Shown in pieces: positions 1-8,571 of a stretch of 64,000 nt of DNA. Source of the DNA: an uncultured Solirubrobacterales bacterium (lineage in GTDB: Bacteria; Actinomycetota; Thermoleophilia; Solirubrobacterales; 70-9); NCBI GenBank assembly GCA_963816785.1, contig CAWFLL010000003.1, positions 11,889 to 75,888 on the forward strand. Direction: 5' to 3'. The notes beneath the pieces were generated by a model. It did not search any database. It was not told where the DNA came from and was given only the letters and a program-made list of their open reading frames with translations. How positions within the stretch are numbered: the stretch's first letter is position 1; the number at the start of each line of letters is the position of its first letter. Position numbers and translations under genes: made by a program.

Positions 1-1
1 C

Positions 2-277
2 GCCACCGACGCCGCGATCGGCCCCGGGATCGGCCCCTGCTGCTATGAGGTCAGTGGGGAAGTCCTCGAGGCCTTCGCCGACCTGGGCATCGCCGCCCCC
101 GGACCGACCCTGGACCTCACCGAGATCGCCCGCCGGCTTCTGAGCGATGCCGGCGTCGAGCGGATCGAGGCCGCCGAGCTTTGCACGAGCTGCGAGGAGG
201 ATCGATTCTTCTCCCACCGCCGCGACGCCGGCCGGACCGGGCGGCAGGCCGGCCTCGTCTGGATCGAGGGCGGTTGA
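2..277 (+). CDS. pgeF: PgeF/YfiH (DUF152 laccase-domain, peptidoglycan editing factor), C-terminal fragment; 5' end outside window
   Basis: Frame-2 translation ...IGPGIGPCCYEVSGEVLEAF...CTSCEEDRFFSHRRDAGRTGRQAGLVWIEGG* shows the GPCCYEV and FFSHRRD motifs typical of this family (family knowledge). Stop TGA 275-277 lies 1 nt before the yggS ATG. The position before yggS-sepF is the usual dcw-cluster tail. Confidence 0.75.
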   Translation, partial: ATDAAIGPGIGPCCYEVSGEVLEAFADLGIAAPGPTLDLTEIARRLLSDAGVERIEAAELCTSCEEDRFFSHRRDAGRTGRQAGLVWIEGG

Positions 278-278
278 G

Positions 279-911
279 ATGCCCGGCCTGATCGAAGGCC
301 TGGAGCCCGAGAGGATCGCCGCGCACCTCGAGCGGGTGCGCGAGATCGCCGGCGAGGGAGTCGAGATTCTGGCGGCGACCAAGTACGTGCGGATCGAGGA
401 GATGGGTGCGCTCGCCGAGGCGGGGGTGAGGCTGGTGGGCGAGAATCGCCTGCAGGACCTGGCCGCGAAGCAGGCGCGATGGAGGGACGAGTTCGAATGG
501 GACTTCATCGGCACGCTGCAGAGCCGCAAGGTGAAGCAGCTGCTCCCGATCTGCCGCCTGATCCACTCGGTGGCGAGCGACTCGGCCCTTCAGCAGCTGG
601 GGCGCTACGGGGATTCGGGCACCGAGGTGCTGGTCGAGGTCAACGTCGCGGGGGAGGAGGGCAAGGCCGGGATCGAGCCCGCAGAGCTGGGGGCATTCAT
701 CGAGCGCTGCCCGGTGCGGGTCTCCGGCCTGATGACGATGCCGCCCTTCAGCCAGGACCCCGAGGCGTCCCGCCCCCATTTCGCGCGGCTCGCCGAGCTT
801 GCGGCGGAGCATGGCCTGGAGCGGCTCTCGATGGGGACATCGCAGGATTGGCAGGTCGCGGTCGCCGAGGGGGCGACGATCATCAGGCTTGGGACCGCCC
901 TATACATGTGA
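279..911 (+). CDS. yggS: YggS-family pyridoxal-phosphate homeostasis protein
   Basis: ORF track 147..911. Start moved to ATG 279 (MPGLIEGLEP...) because the upstream part overlaps pgeF. AATKYV, WDFIGTLQSRKVK and SMGTSQDWQVAVAEGATIIRLGTALY match the YggS/YBL036C family pattern. Confidence 0.9.
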   Translation: MPGLIEGLEPERIAAHLERVREIAGEGVEILAATKYVRIEEMGALAEAGVRLVGENRLQDLAAKQARWRDEFEWDFIGTLQSRKVKQLLPICRLIHSVASDSALQQLGRYGDSGTEVLVEVNVAGEEGKAGIEPAELGAFIERCPVRVSGLMTMPPFSQDPEASRPHFARLAELAAEHGLERLSMGTSQDWQVAVAEGATIIRLGTALYM

Positions 912-968
912 CGACTGCTGCATAATTTGCAAAGGATTCGGCCGCTTGAAGCCGAAAGATGCGCTGAT

Positions 969-1505
969 ATGGCTCTCCGAGATACATGGCACAAAGCGCT
1001 CGTCTACTTCGGCCTGGCCGAAGACCACGATTACGGCCCTGAGTACGAAGAAGAATTCGTCCCCGAGGCCGATGAGGATCTCGAAGGACGCGACTCTGGC
1101 CAGGTGCGGCGGCTGCCGACCTCACGGCGCTCGCGCAGGGACGAGATCGACGACATCTTCGCCGACGACGAGCCGATCTCGGCCTCCCGCACCCGGGTCC
1201 TGCGCCCGGTCGGCAACGGTGACTCCGACGTCCAGGTCCACCTCGTCATCCCGCGCAACTTCAACGACGCCCAGCAGGTTGCCGACCAGTTCAAGCGGAA
1301 GGTGCCGGTCATCCTCAACCTGCAGACGACCGACCACGAGCTGTCGAAGCGGATGATCGACTTCAGCTCCGGCCTCACCTACGCGCTCGACGGTGGCATG
1401 CAGCGGATCGCCGAGAAGATCTTCCTGCTGACGCCGCGCAACGTCGAGGTCTCCGCCGAGGAGAAGGCGCGGTTGCTGGACAAAGGGTTCTTCAACCAGT
1501 CGTAG
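969..1505 (+). CDS. sepF: Cell division protein SepF
   Basis: ORF 927..1505. Start chosen at ATG 969 (MALRDTWHKALVYFGL, the usual SepF N-terminal membrane-targeting helix). C-terminal core VIPRNFNDAQQVADQFKRKVPVILNLQ...IDFSSGLTYALDGGMQRIAEKIFLLTP is typical of SepF. Confidence 0.9.
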   Translation: MALRDTWHKALVYFGLAEDHDYGPEYEEEFVPEADEDLEGRDSGQVRRLPTSRRSRRDEIDDIFADDEPISASRTRVLRPVGNGDSDVQVHLVIPRNFNDAQQVADQFKRKVPVILNLQTTDHELSKRMIDFSSGLTYALDGGMQRIAEKIFLLTPRNVEVSAEEKARLLDKGFFNQS

Positions 1506-1546
1506 TTGAGAAGGAGGCTCGGGAGCCTCTCACGCTCAACTTTTTC
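1505..1546 (+). terminator. Intrinsic terminator after sepF
   Basis: GTTGAG(1505-1510)...GAGGCTC-GG-GAGCCTC...CTCAAC(1535-1540) nested hairpin followed by TTTTT (1541-1545). Confidence 0.6.
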
Positions 1547-1572
1547 TGCCAGGCGCGGCTAGGCTGCCGAGC

Positions 1573-2316
1573 ATGGTCGTTGGATTTGTAGGTGCTGGGA
1601 GCATGGCGGCGGCGATGGCGCGGGGATGGGTCGGCGCTGTCGATGAGATGTTGTTCACGGATTCCGGCTCGGGACGGGCGACCGAGGTGGCCGCAGAGGT
1701 CGACGGCAGGGCGGTGAGCTCAAACGCCGAGCTGGCCGCAGCGGCGGATGTGCTCGTCCTGGCCGTGAAGCCGGCGAAGCTGGGCGACGTCGCCGCCGAG
1801 ATCGGTGGCGTCGCCAAGCCGGTCGTCTCCCTGCTCGGGGCCACCTCGCTAGAGAGCGTCGCGGCGGCCTTCCCGGACGCCGACGTCTGCCGCGTCATGC
1901 CCAACGTCGCGGTCGAGGTGCGGAGGGGTGTGCTGTGCGTCGCCGGCGGCGAGTCGGCGGAGGTGAGGGGCCTTCTCGACCTCCTGGGGAAGGTGGTCGA
2001 GCTCCCGGACTCGGAGTTCGACGCCGCGACGGCGGTGATGGGCTGCGCTCCCGCCTACCTCGCCCTCGCGGTCGAGGCCCTGGCGGACGCGGGGGCCGAT
2101 GCCGGCCTCGACGAGGCCCTCGCCCGCGAGCTGGTGGTCGAGACGACCGCGGGGACGGCGGAGCTGTTGCAGATCCGCCACCCGGCCGACGTCCGCAGGG
2201 CGGTCTCCTCGCCGGGGGGGAGCACAGAGGCCGGCCTCGAGGCGCTCGACCGGGAGGGCGCTCGCGAGGCCTTCACGGCGGCCGTGAGGGCCTCGCTGGA
2301 GAGGATGAAGTCGTGA
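1573..2316 (+). CDS. proC: Pyrroline-5-carboxylate reductase
   Basis: N-terminal Rossmann motif VGFVGAGSMAAAMARGW. C-terminal P5CR signature region VSSPGGSTEAGLEAL. 247 aa. Confidence 0.85.
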   Translation: MVVGFVGAGSMAAAMARGWVGAVDEMLFTDSGSGRATEVAAEVDGRAVSSNAELAAAADVLVLAVKPAKLGDVAAEIGGVAKPVVSLLGATSLESVAAAFPDADVCRVMPNVAVEVRRGVLCVAGGESAEVRGLLDLLGKVVELPDSEFDAATAVMGCAPAYLALAVEALADAGADAGLDEALARELVVETTAGTAELLQIRHPADVRRAVSSPGGSTEAGLEALDREGAREAFTAAVRASLERMKS

Positions 2317-2332
2317 GCCGGGGGCCCGGCGC

Positions 2333-2635
2333 GTGATCCCGCTCGCCCTGACGCGCGGGGACGTCGCCGACTACGTCAGCGCCCTGTTCCTCGTCTACAT
2401 CGTCCTGATCCTGATCAACGTGCTGATCTCCTGGGTGCCGCGGATGCCGTACAACCGCGCCCTGCGGGCGGTGCTCGACTTCGTCACCGAGACGACCAAC
2501 CCGTACATCAACCTGTTCAGGCGCGTCATCCCGCCGATCGGGGGCGGCGGCTTCGCGCTCGACCTGAGCCCGATGATCGCCGTCATCGTCCTCGCGGTGG
2601 TGCGCGCCGTGGTCGTCGCTCTGATCGCGGGGTGA
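2333..2635 (+). CDS. yggT: YggT-family membrane protein
   Basis: 100 aa with two hydrophobic helices and LINVLISWVP...NPYINLFRRVIPPIGG, the YGGT repeat pattern. Sits next to sepF/yggS as usual. Confidence 0.85.
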   Translation: MIPLALTRGDVADYVSALFLVYIVLILINVLISWVPRMPYNRALRAVLDFVTETTNPYINLFRRVIPPIGGGGFALDLSPMIAVIVLAVVRAVVVALIAG

Positions 2636-3087
2636 GAGTCGAGGGCGGACGCGCCTGGCGCCTTGCCGGCGCGCTATGCGGTCTCGTCGTCGCCCTCGAT
2701 CAGGGCGTCAAGGCGCTGGTCGAGGCCAACCTCTACCCCGGCGAGCACGTCGATGTGGTGGGCCCGCTGTCGCTGACCCTGGCCCACAATCGCGGCGTCG
2801 CCTTCGGCCTCGCCGGCGATGGCGGCGGGCTGCTGGTCGCGTTCGCGCTCGGCAGCCTGATCTTCATCGGCTGGCTCTTCTCCCGCGATCCGGGCCGGCC
2901 GTGGATGTGGGTGGCGGTCGGACTGCTGGCCGGCGGGGCCCTCGGCAACCTCGCCGATCGGGTCCGGGCCGACGCGGTGACCGACTACGTCGACCTCCTC
3001 TCCTGGCCGCCGTTCAACCTGGCAGACGTCTCGATCACGCTCGGGGTCGCGCTGCTGGCGCTGAGCCTGATCGGTGAGTCACGCTGA
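2632..3087 (+). CDS. lspA: Lipoprotein signal peptidase (signal peptidase II)
   Basis: Conserved blocks NRGVAFGL, GNLADR and FNLADVSI (catalytic Asp regions) and four hydrophobic segments. The GTG start overlaps the yggT stop (GTGA). Confidence 0.85.
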   Translation: MRVEGGRAWRLAGALCGLVVALDQGVKALVEANLYPGEHVDVVGPLSLTLAHNRGVAFGLAGDGGGLLVAFALGSLIFIGWLFSRDPGRPWMWVAVGLLAGGALGNLADRVRADAVTDYVDLLSWPPFNLADVSITLGVALLALSLIGESR

Positions 3088-3758
3088 TGGGTGAGCTGCG
3101 GATAGTCCACCTCGACGAGTCGCTGGCTGTCGTCGACAAGCCCGCCGGGCTCGTCGTCCACCCGGCTCCCTCGCACCACGGCCCCACCCTCGTCGACGAG
3201 CTGGGCGAGATCCTCGGCGGGGGCGAGCCCGAGCGGCCGGGGATCGTCCACCGCCTCGACAAGGGGACGAGTGGGTTGATGGTCGTCGCCCGCAACGACG
3301 AGACCCTGACCGCGCTCCAGGGGCAGGTTCGCCGCCGCGAGGTCGAGCGCGTCTACCTGGCGCTCGCCAACGGCCGCCTGCCCTCGCGATCCGGAACGAT
3401 CGATGCGCCGATCGGGCGAGCCGCGCGCCAGCGCCACCGGATGGCGGTCTCCGGCGCGGCCTCCCGCCAGGCGCGAACGCACTTCACCGTGATCGAGCTG
3501 CTCGCCCGGGAGACCCTGCTCGAGGCCCGCCTCGAGACCGGTCGCACGCACCAGATCCGCGCCCACTTCGGGGCCATCGACCACCCGCTCCTCGGCGACC
3601 CGACCTACGGCGGCGAGCGCCGCTACGGACTCGAGAGGCCGTTCCTCCACGCCCACCGCCTCGCGTTCACCCACCCGGAGAGCGGCCAGAGAATGACGTT
3701 CTCCTCCGAGCTGCCGCAGGACCTCTCGGCCGCGCTGCAGGCGGCCCGCGGGGCCTGA
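3087..3758 (+). CDS. rluD: RluA-family pseudouridine synthase (RluD-like, no N-terminal S4 domain)
   Basis: VVDKPAGLVVHP, catalytic HRLDKGTSGLMVVA and GRTHQIRAH motifs. Start overlaps the lspA stop (TGATG). Confidence 0.9.
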   Translation: MGELRIVHLDESLAVVDKPAGLVVHPAPSHHGPTLVDELGEILGGGEPERPGIVHRLDKGTSGLMVVARNDETLTALQGQVRRREVERVYLALANGRLPSRSGTIDAPIGRAARQRHRMAVSGAASRQARTHFTVIELLARETLLEARLETGRTHQIRAHFGAIDHPLLGDPTYGGERRYGLERPFLHAHRLAFTHPESGQRMTFSSELPQDLSAALQAARGA

Positions 3759-3774
3759 TCCGCCCGGCGCCCTC

Positions 3775-3888
3775 TACAATCCTTCACCCCTTCAATCGAC
3801 CCCCGTCGCGTCGCCCCGGATCCTGATCGGCAGCAGCCGAATCCCGGTCAGAGCGGCGGGGTAGCACCCAATCAAGGAGACAACTGAA
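3775..3888 (+). promoter_or_regulatory. Putative rpsB promoter -10 element and about 100-nt leader with RBS
   Basis: TACAAT at 3775-3780. AAGGAGA at 3874-3880, 8 nt before ATG 3889. No convincing -35 seen. The leader structure was not evaluated. Confidence 0.35.
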
Positions 3889-4869
3889 ATGCCAGAGGCT
3901 GGCCTCAAAGAGCTGCTCGAGGCTGGAGTCCACTTCGGACACCAGACGCGGCGCTGGAACCCGAACATGCGCCGCTACATATTCGGCGAGCTGGACGGGA
4001 TCCACATCATCGACCTTGTCCAGACCGAGGAACTGCTGGAGAAAGCCCGGCGCTTCGCCGGCGAGCTCGCCTCGGGAGGCGGGACGGTGCTGTTCGTCGG
4101 CACCAAGAAGCAGGCCCGCGGCGCCGTCGAGTCGTGGGCGGGGCGGTGCCAGATGCCGTACGTCAGCCAGCGCTGGCTCGGCGGGCTGCTGACCAACTTC
4201 AACACGATCTCGGCGCGGATCTCGCGCCTCCACGAGCTGACCAGCTGGCAGGAGGAGGGAAAACTGGACCTGCTGCCGACCAAGGAGCGGATGGGGATGC
4301 AGGCAGAGCTCACCAAGCTCGAGTACAACCTCGGCGGCGTCCGCGACATGGACAGGCTGCCGGATGCCGTCTTCGTCACCGACCTGAAAACCGAGGAGAT
4401 AGCGGTGCGGGAGGCGGTCCGGCTGCGGATCCCGATCATCGGCCTCGTCGACACCAACTGCGATCCGAGCCAGATCGACTACGTCGTGCCCGGCAACGAC
4501 GACGCGATCCGCTCCTGTGAGCTGGTCATCGGCACGATCGGCGCCGCGATCGAGACCGGTGCCGGCGCCTGGCGGGTGCAGGAGGAAAAGCGCCTCGCCG
4601 AGGAGATGGAGCGTCGGCGCAAGGAGGAGGAGGAGCGCAAGAAACGCGAGGAAGAAGAGAAAGCCCGCAAGGAGGCCGAGGAGGCGGCGCAGGCAGCCGC
4701 CGGGGCTAGCGACACAGTCGCGGACCAGGCGGTTCAGGGTTCCCAGGGCGGTGGCGCTTCCCCCGGCGGCGGCGGACGCGGAGCGGAGCAGCCGCCGGTT
4801 GATGCGCCCCCGGCCGGCTCCAATCGCAATCTGACTCCTTCGGAGCCGGCCGGGGGCGGTGGCTCGTGA
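3889..4869 (+). CDS. rpsB: 30S ribosomal protein S2 with a long low-complexity C-terminal extension
   Basis: [29 protein letters not shown] and [14 protein letters not shown] blocks. The S2 core ends near aa 230. It is followed by an E/K-rich then G/A/P-rich tail (about 90 aa). Confidence 0.95.
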   Translation: MPEAGLKELLEAGVHFGHQTRRWNPNMRRYIFGELDGIHIIDLVQTEELLEKARRFAGELASGGGTVLFVGTKKQARGAVESWAGRCQMPYVSQRWLGGLLTNFNTISARISRLHELTSWQEEGKLDLLPTKERMGMQAELTKLEYNLGGVRDMDRLPDAVFVTDLKTEEIAVREAVRLRIPIIGLVDTNCDPSQIDYVVPGNDDAIRSCELVIGTIGAAIETGAGAWRVQEEKRLAEEMERRRKEEEERKKREEEEKARKEAEEAAQAAAGASDTVADQAVQGSQGGGASPGGGGRGAEQPPVDAPPAGSNRNLTPSEPAGGGGS

Positions 4870-5468
4870 GCGTCTCGGCTGCTGACGTGAAGGCGCTTCG
4901 GGACCGGACCGGGGCGGCGATGATGGACTGCAAAGCGGCGCTGGCGGAGGCCGACGGCGACGCCGAGCGGGCGGTCGAGATCCTGCGGGTCAAGGGCCAG
5001 GCGTCGGCCGCAAAGCGCGAGGGACGCGGCACCAACGAGGGAGTGGTCGCCTCCTACATCCACGCCAACGACCGGGTCGGGGCGATGGTCGAAGTCCAGT
5101 GCGAGACCGACTTCGTCGCCCGCAACGAGGACTTCAAGGCGTTCGCCTACGAGGTCGCGCTGCACATCGCGGCCACCGCCCCGCAGTACGTCTCGGCGGA
5201 CGAGATCCCCGAGGAGGAGCGCGAGGCCGAGCGCCGCATCTTCGAGGAGAAGGCGCGAGAGGACGGTAAGCCCGATGACGTGGTCGCGAAGGTCGTCGAG
5301 GGCCAACTCGCCAAGTGGGCGAAGGATGTCGCGCTCCTCGACCAGTCCCACGTCAACGCCGACAAGCACGAGTCGAAGTCGATTGAGGAGCTTCGCCAGG
5401 AGCTGGCGGCGAAGACCGGCGAGAACATCCGCATCGCCCGCTTCGCCTACTTCCGCGTCGGCGGCTGA
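4866..5468 (+). CDS. tsf: Translation elongation factor Ts (short form)
   Basis: N-terminal [19 protein letters not shown] (UBA-like) and [19 protein letters not shown] blocks. GTG start overlaps the rpsB stop (GTGA). Confidence 0.95.
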   Translation: MSVSAADVKALRDRTGAAMMDCKAALAEADGDAERAVEILRVKGQASAAKREGRGTNEGVVASYIHANDRVGAMVEVQCETDFVARNEDFKAFAYEVALHIAATAPQYVSADEIPEEEREAERRIFEEKAREDGKPDDVVAKVVEGQLAKWAKDVALLDQSHVNADKHESKSIEELRQELAAKTGENIRIARFAYFRVGG

Positions 5469-5523
5469 CACGCAGCGGCCGGGTAGGCTCTCGGCGAGCG
5501 GAGCGAAGCAGAGTGCCGATTTC

Positions 5524-6264
5524 GTGAGCCCAAAACCGGACCCCCAGTTCAGTCGCGTCCTCCTGAAGATCTCGGGCGAGGCCCTGATGGGGGACCTCGA
5601 TTACGGCACCGATGCCGGCGAGGTGCAGCGGATCGCCCGCCAGGTGGCGGCCGTGCGTGGGCGTGGCGTCGAGGTGGCGATCGTGGTCGGCGCCGGCAAC
5701 ATCTTCCGCGGCCTCGAGGCGGCGGCCGCCGGGATGGACCGTGCGACCGGCGACTACATGGGGATGCTGGCCACCGTCCTCAACGCGCTCACGCTCCAGG
5801 ACGCGCTTGAGCATCTCGGCGAGGACACCCGGGTGATGTCGGCGATCGACGTCAAGGAGGTGGCCGAGCCCTACATCCGCCGCCGCGCGATGCGACACCT
5901 GGAGAAAGGCCGCGTCGTGATCTTCGCGGCCGGGACGGGGAACCCGTTCTTCACCACCGACACCGCCGCCGCCCTGCGGGCGCTTGAGATCCGCGCGGAA
6001 GCGATCCTGATGGCGAAGAACGGCGTCGAGGGCGTCTACGACTCCGACCCGGCGACCAACCCGGACGCCGAGTTCATCGCCGAGATCTCGCACCGCGAGG
6101 CGATCGAGCGGGAACTGCGCGTGATGGACTCGACGGCGCTCTCACTCTGCATGGACAACGGCCTGCCGATCTATGTCTTCAACATGGGCGACGAGTCCAA
6201 CATAGATAGGATCGTCGGCGGCGAGAGAGTGGGCACGTTGGTCTCCAACGATCCCGCCGGCTAG
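5524..6264 (+). CDS. pyrH: UMP kinase
   Basis: In-frame GTG at 5524 within ORF 5275..6264 (the upstream part overlaps tsf). [23 protein letters not shown] and [20 protein letters not shown] motifs. Confidence 0.9.
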   Translation: MSPKPDPQFSRVLLKISGEALMGDLDYGTDAGEVQRIARQVAAVRGRGVEVAIVVGAGNIFRGLEAAAAGMDRATGDYMGMLATVLNALTLQDALEHLGEDTRVMSAIDVKEVAEPYIRRRAMRHLEKGRVVIFAAGTGNPFFTTDTAAALRALEIRAEAILMAKNGVEGVYDSDPATNPDAEFIAEISHREAIERELRVMDSTALSLCMDNGLPIYVFNMGDESNIDRIVGGERVGTLVSNDPAG

Positions 6265-6275
6265 GAGAAGGACCA

Positions 6276-6839
6276 GTGGAGCTGATCGACGAGCTGCTCA
6301 AGGACGCCAATGATCGGATGGCGAAATCGGTCGAGTCGAGCCGCGGCGAGCTGGCGACGGTGCGGACCGGCCGCGCCTCGCCCCACCTCCTCGACCGGAT
6401 CACCGTCGACTACTACGGCTCCCCGACACCGCTGAAGCAGCTCGCCAACGTCGCCGCCACCGACGCGCGCCTGCTGACCATCACCCCGTTCGACAAGTCC
6501 GCGATCGAGGCGATCGAGAAGGCGATCCGCGAGTCCGACGTGGGCCTGACGCCGAGCAACGACGGCAGCCTGATCCGCCTCCAGATCCCGGAGCTGACCG
6601 AGGAGCGGCGGCGCGAGATGGTCAAGGTCGTCCACGGGGTGGCCGAGGAGGGGAGGGTCGCGGTCCGCAATATCCGCCGCGACACGATGCACGACCTGCG
6701 CGAACTGAAGAAGGAGGGGGAAGCCGGCGAGGACGACGAGCGCCGCGCCGAGGCCGCCCTCCAGAAGCAGACCGACGATGCGGTCGCTGAGATCGATGCT
6801 CTCCTGAAGGGAAAGGAAGAGGAGATCCTGGAGGTGTGA
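6276..6839 (+). CDS. frr: Ribosome recycling factor
   Basis: VRTGRASPHLLD, ITPFD and LTEERRREMVK blocks. 187 aa. Confidence 0.95.
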   Translation: MELIDELLKDANDRMAKSVESSRGELATVRTGRASPHLLDRITVDYYGSPTPLKQLANVAATDARLLTITPFDKSAIEAIEKAIRESDVGLTPSNDGSLIRLQIPELTEERRREMVKVVHGVAEEGRVAVRNIRRDTMHDLRELKKEGEAGEDDERRAEAALQKQTDDAVAEIDALLKGKEEEILEV

Positions 6840-7507
6840 GCGCCTCCGCGCGGTACGTCGCGATCATCACCGACGGCAACGGCCGCTGGGCCGAACAGAG
6901 GGGCCTGCCGGTGGTCGAGGGGCACCGGGCCGGCGCCGACACCGTCAAGGCGCGCCTCCGCGACGCCGTCGAGCTGGGGATCGAGGAGCTGACCGTGTTC
7001 TCCTTCTCGACAGAGAACTGGACCCGCCCCGCCAGCGAGGTCGAGGGCCTTATGCAGATGTTCGGCGAGCGGATCGAGGCCGAGACGCCCGAGCTGCGGG
7101 AGGAAGGCGTGCGGATGCGCTTCATCGGGCGCCGCGAGGGCATCTCCGGGGAGCTGATCGAACGGATGGAGTGGGCCGAGGAGACCACCGCGGCCAACGA
7201 GCGCATCCAGCTCTTCGTCGCCTTCAATTACGGCGGCAGGGCGGAGATCGTCGACGCGGCCCGAAGCTTTCAGGGAACCTCCGAGGAGGAGTTCCGCGAC
7301 CATCTCTACGCGCCTGAGATGCACGACCCCGACCTCCTGATAAGAACGAGCGGCGAGCAGCGGATCTCCAACTACCTGCTCTGGCAGTGCGCCTACTCGG
7401 AGCTCGTCTTCCGCGATGAGCTCTGGCCGGACTTCGGGCGCGAGGCCTTCGAGCAGTCGCTGCAGGAGTTCGCGGAGCGCCGGCGCCGGTTCGGGGCGCG
7501 GGGATAG
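6836..7507 (+). CDS. uppS: Undecaprenyl (isoprenyl) diphosphate synthase
   Basis: VAIITDGNGRWA, FSTENWTRP and RTSGEQRISNYLLWQCAYSEL motifs. GTGA overlap with frr. Confidence 0.9.
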   Translation: MSASARYVAIITDGNGRWAEQRGLPVVEGHRAGADTVKARLRDAVELGIEELTVFSFSTENWTRPASEVEGLMQMFGERIEAETPELREEGVRMRFIGRREGISGELIERMEWAEETTAANERIQLFVAFNYGGRAEIVDAARSFQGTSEEEFRDHLYAPEMHDPDLLIRTSGEQRISNYLLWQCAYSELVFRDELWPDFGREAFEQSLQEFAERRRRFGARG

Positions 7508-7509
7508 CG

Positions 7510-8460
7510 ATGGAGTCGGGGCGCGAGGAGAACGGGGAGGGCCGCCACCGCGCCTCCGAGTTCGAGCGCGCCGTCGGCCATTTCGAGGAACTGGACGATC
7601 CCACCGCCGCCCAGGAACGGCCATCGCGCCCGCCGGCGCCGCCCCGCGAGCGCCGGCGGCCCCTGCGTGGCGAGACGATGAAGAGGATCCTCATCGCGAT
7701 CCCCTGGATCGCCTTCGCGATCGCGATCACGGTCGCCGGCGGCCTGCCGTTCACCCTTGCGATGGTCGCGATCGGCCTGCTCTGCGTCAGGGAGTTCCTG
7801 ACGATGTCGGCGCCGGTGCGGCCGATCGGGATCGCCGCCTACCTGGCCGTCGTCGCGCTCGTCCTCGCGGCCCATTTCGGCACCGCCTTCAACGTGCTGC
7901 TGATCATTGCCGCGTCGTTTCCGGTCCTGTTCGCCTTCGGCGCCGATCGCAGCCGCCGCGACGGGATCACGATCTCGATGGGGGTCACCCTGCTCGGGAT
8001 CGTCTGGATCGGGATCCCGCTGGTCCACGCCGTCCTGCTCCGCGACCTCCCCGATCACGGCGCTGCGCTGCTCGTCGACGTGCTGGTCGGGACCTTCGCC
8101 AGCGACACCGGCGCCTACGCGACGGGCCGCATGTTCGGCTCCCACAGGATCGCCCCGAGCCTCTCGCCCAACAAGACGCTGGAGGGGCTGATCGGCGGCT
8201 TCGTTATCGGCACGATGGCCTTCTGGTTCGCCGGCCTCTACCAGGACTGGCTGACCGGGGTGGACGCTCTGATCATGGGCGCCGCGGTGGCGGCGATCGC
8301 CCCGGTCGGCGACCTCTTCGAGTCGATGGTCAAGCGCGACCTCGGGACCAAGGACACCGGCAGGCTCTTCGGCCCCCATGGCGGCCTGCTCGACCGCCTC
8401 GACGCGGTCTTCTTCACGGTCGTGGTCGGCTACTACCTGGCGATCCAGCTCGTCTACTGA
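7510..8460 (+). CDS. cdsA: Phosphatidate cytidylyltransferase (CDP-diglyceride synthase)
   Basis: Signature SDTGAYATGRMFGSHRIAPSLSPNKTLEG...KRDLGTKDTGRLFGPHGGLLDRLD. The first 56 aa are charged/Pro-rich. An alternative start is ATG 7678 (MKRILIAIPW). Confidence 0.85.
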   Translation: MESGREENGEGRHRASEFERAVGHFEELDDPTAAQERPSRPPAPPRERRRPLRGETMKRILIAIPWIAFAIAITVAGGLPFTLAMVAIGLLCVREFLTMSAPVRPIGIAAYLAVVALVLAAHFGTAFNVLLIIAASFPVLFAFGADRSRRDGITISMGVTLLGIVWIGIPLVHAVLLRDLPDHGAALLVDVLVGTFASDTGAYATGRMFGSHRIAPSLSPNKTLEGLIGGFVIGTMAFWFAGLYQDWLTGVDALIMGAAVAAIAPVGDLFESMVKRDLGTKDTGRLFGPHGGLLDRLDAVFFTVVVGYYLAIQLVY

Positions 8461-8464
8461 GCGA

Positions 8465-8519
8465 AGCGTCGAGACTGCATCTGCGTCCGAATAGCGGACG
8501 CTGACGCAGTCTCGACGCT
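8465..8519. repeat. Long imperfect inverted repeat (hairpin) between cdsA and dxr
   Basis: AGCGTCGAGACTGC (8465-8478) pairs with GCAGTCTCGACGCT (8506-8519). Inner GCGTCCG (8483-8489) pairs with CGGACGC (8495-8501). No T-run follows. Confidence 0.6.
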
Positions 8520-8571
8520 GCGATCCCGCGTGCGAGGGGACCGACCGCATGCCCTACCTAAACTCTCGTAG

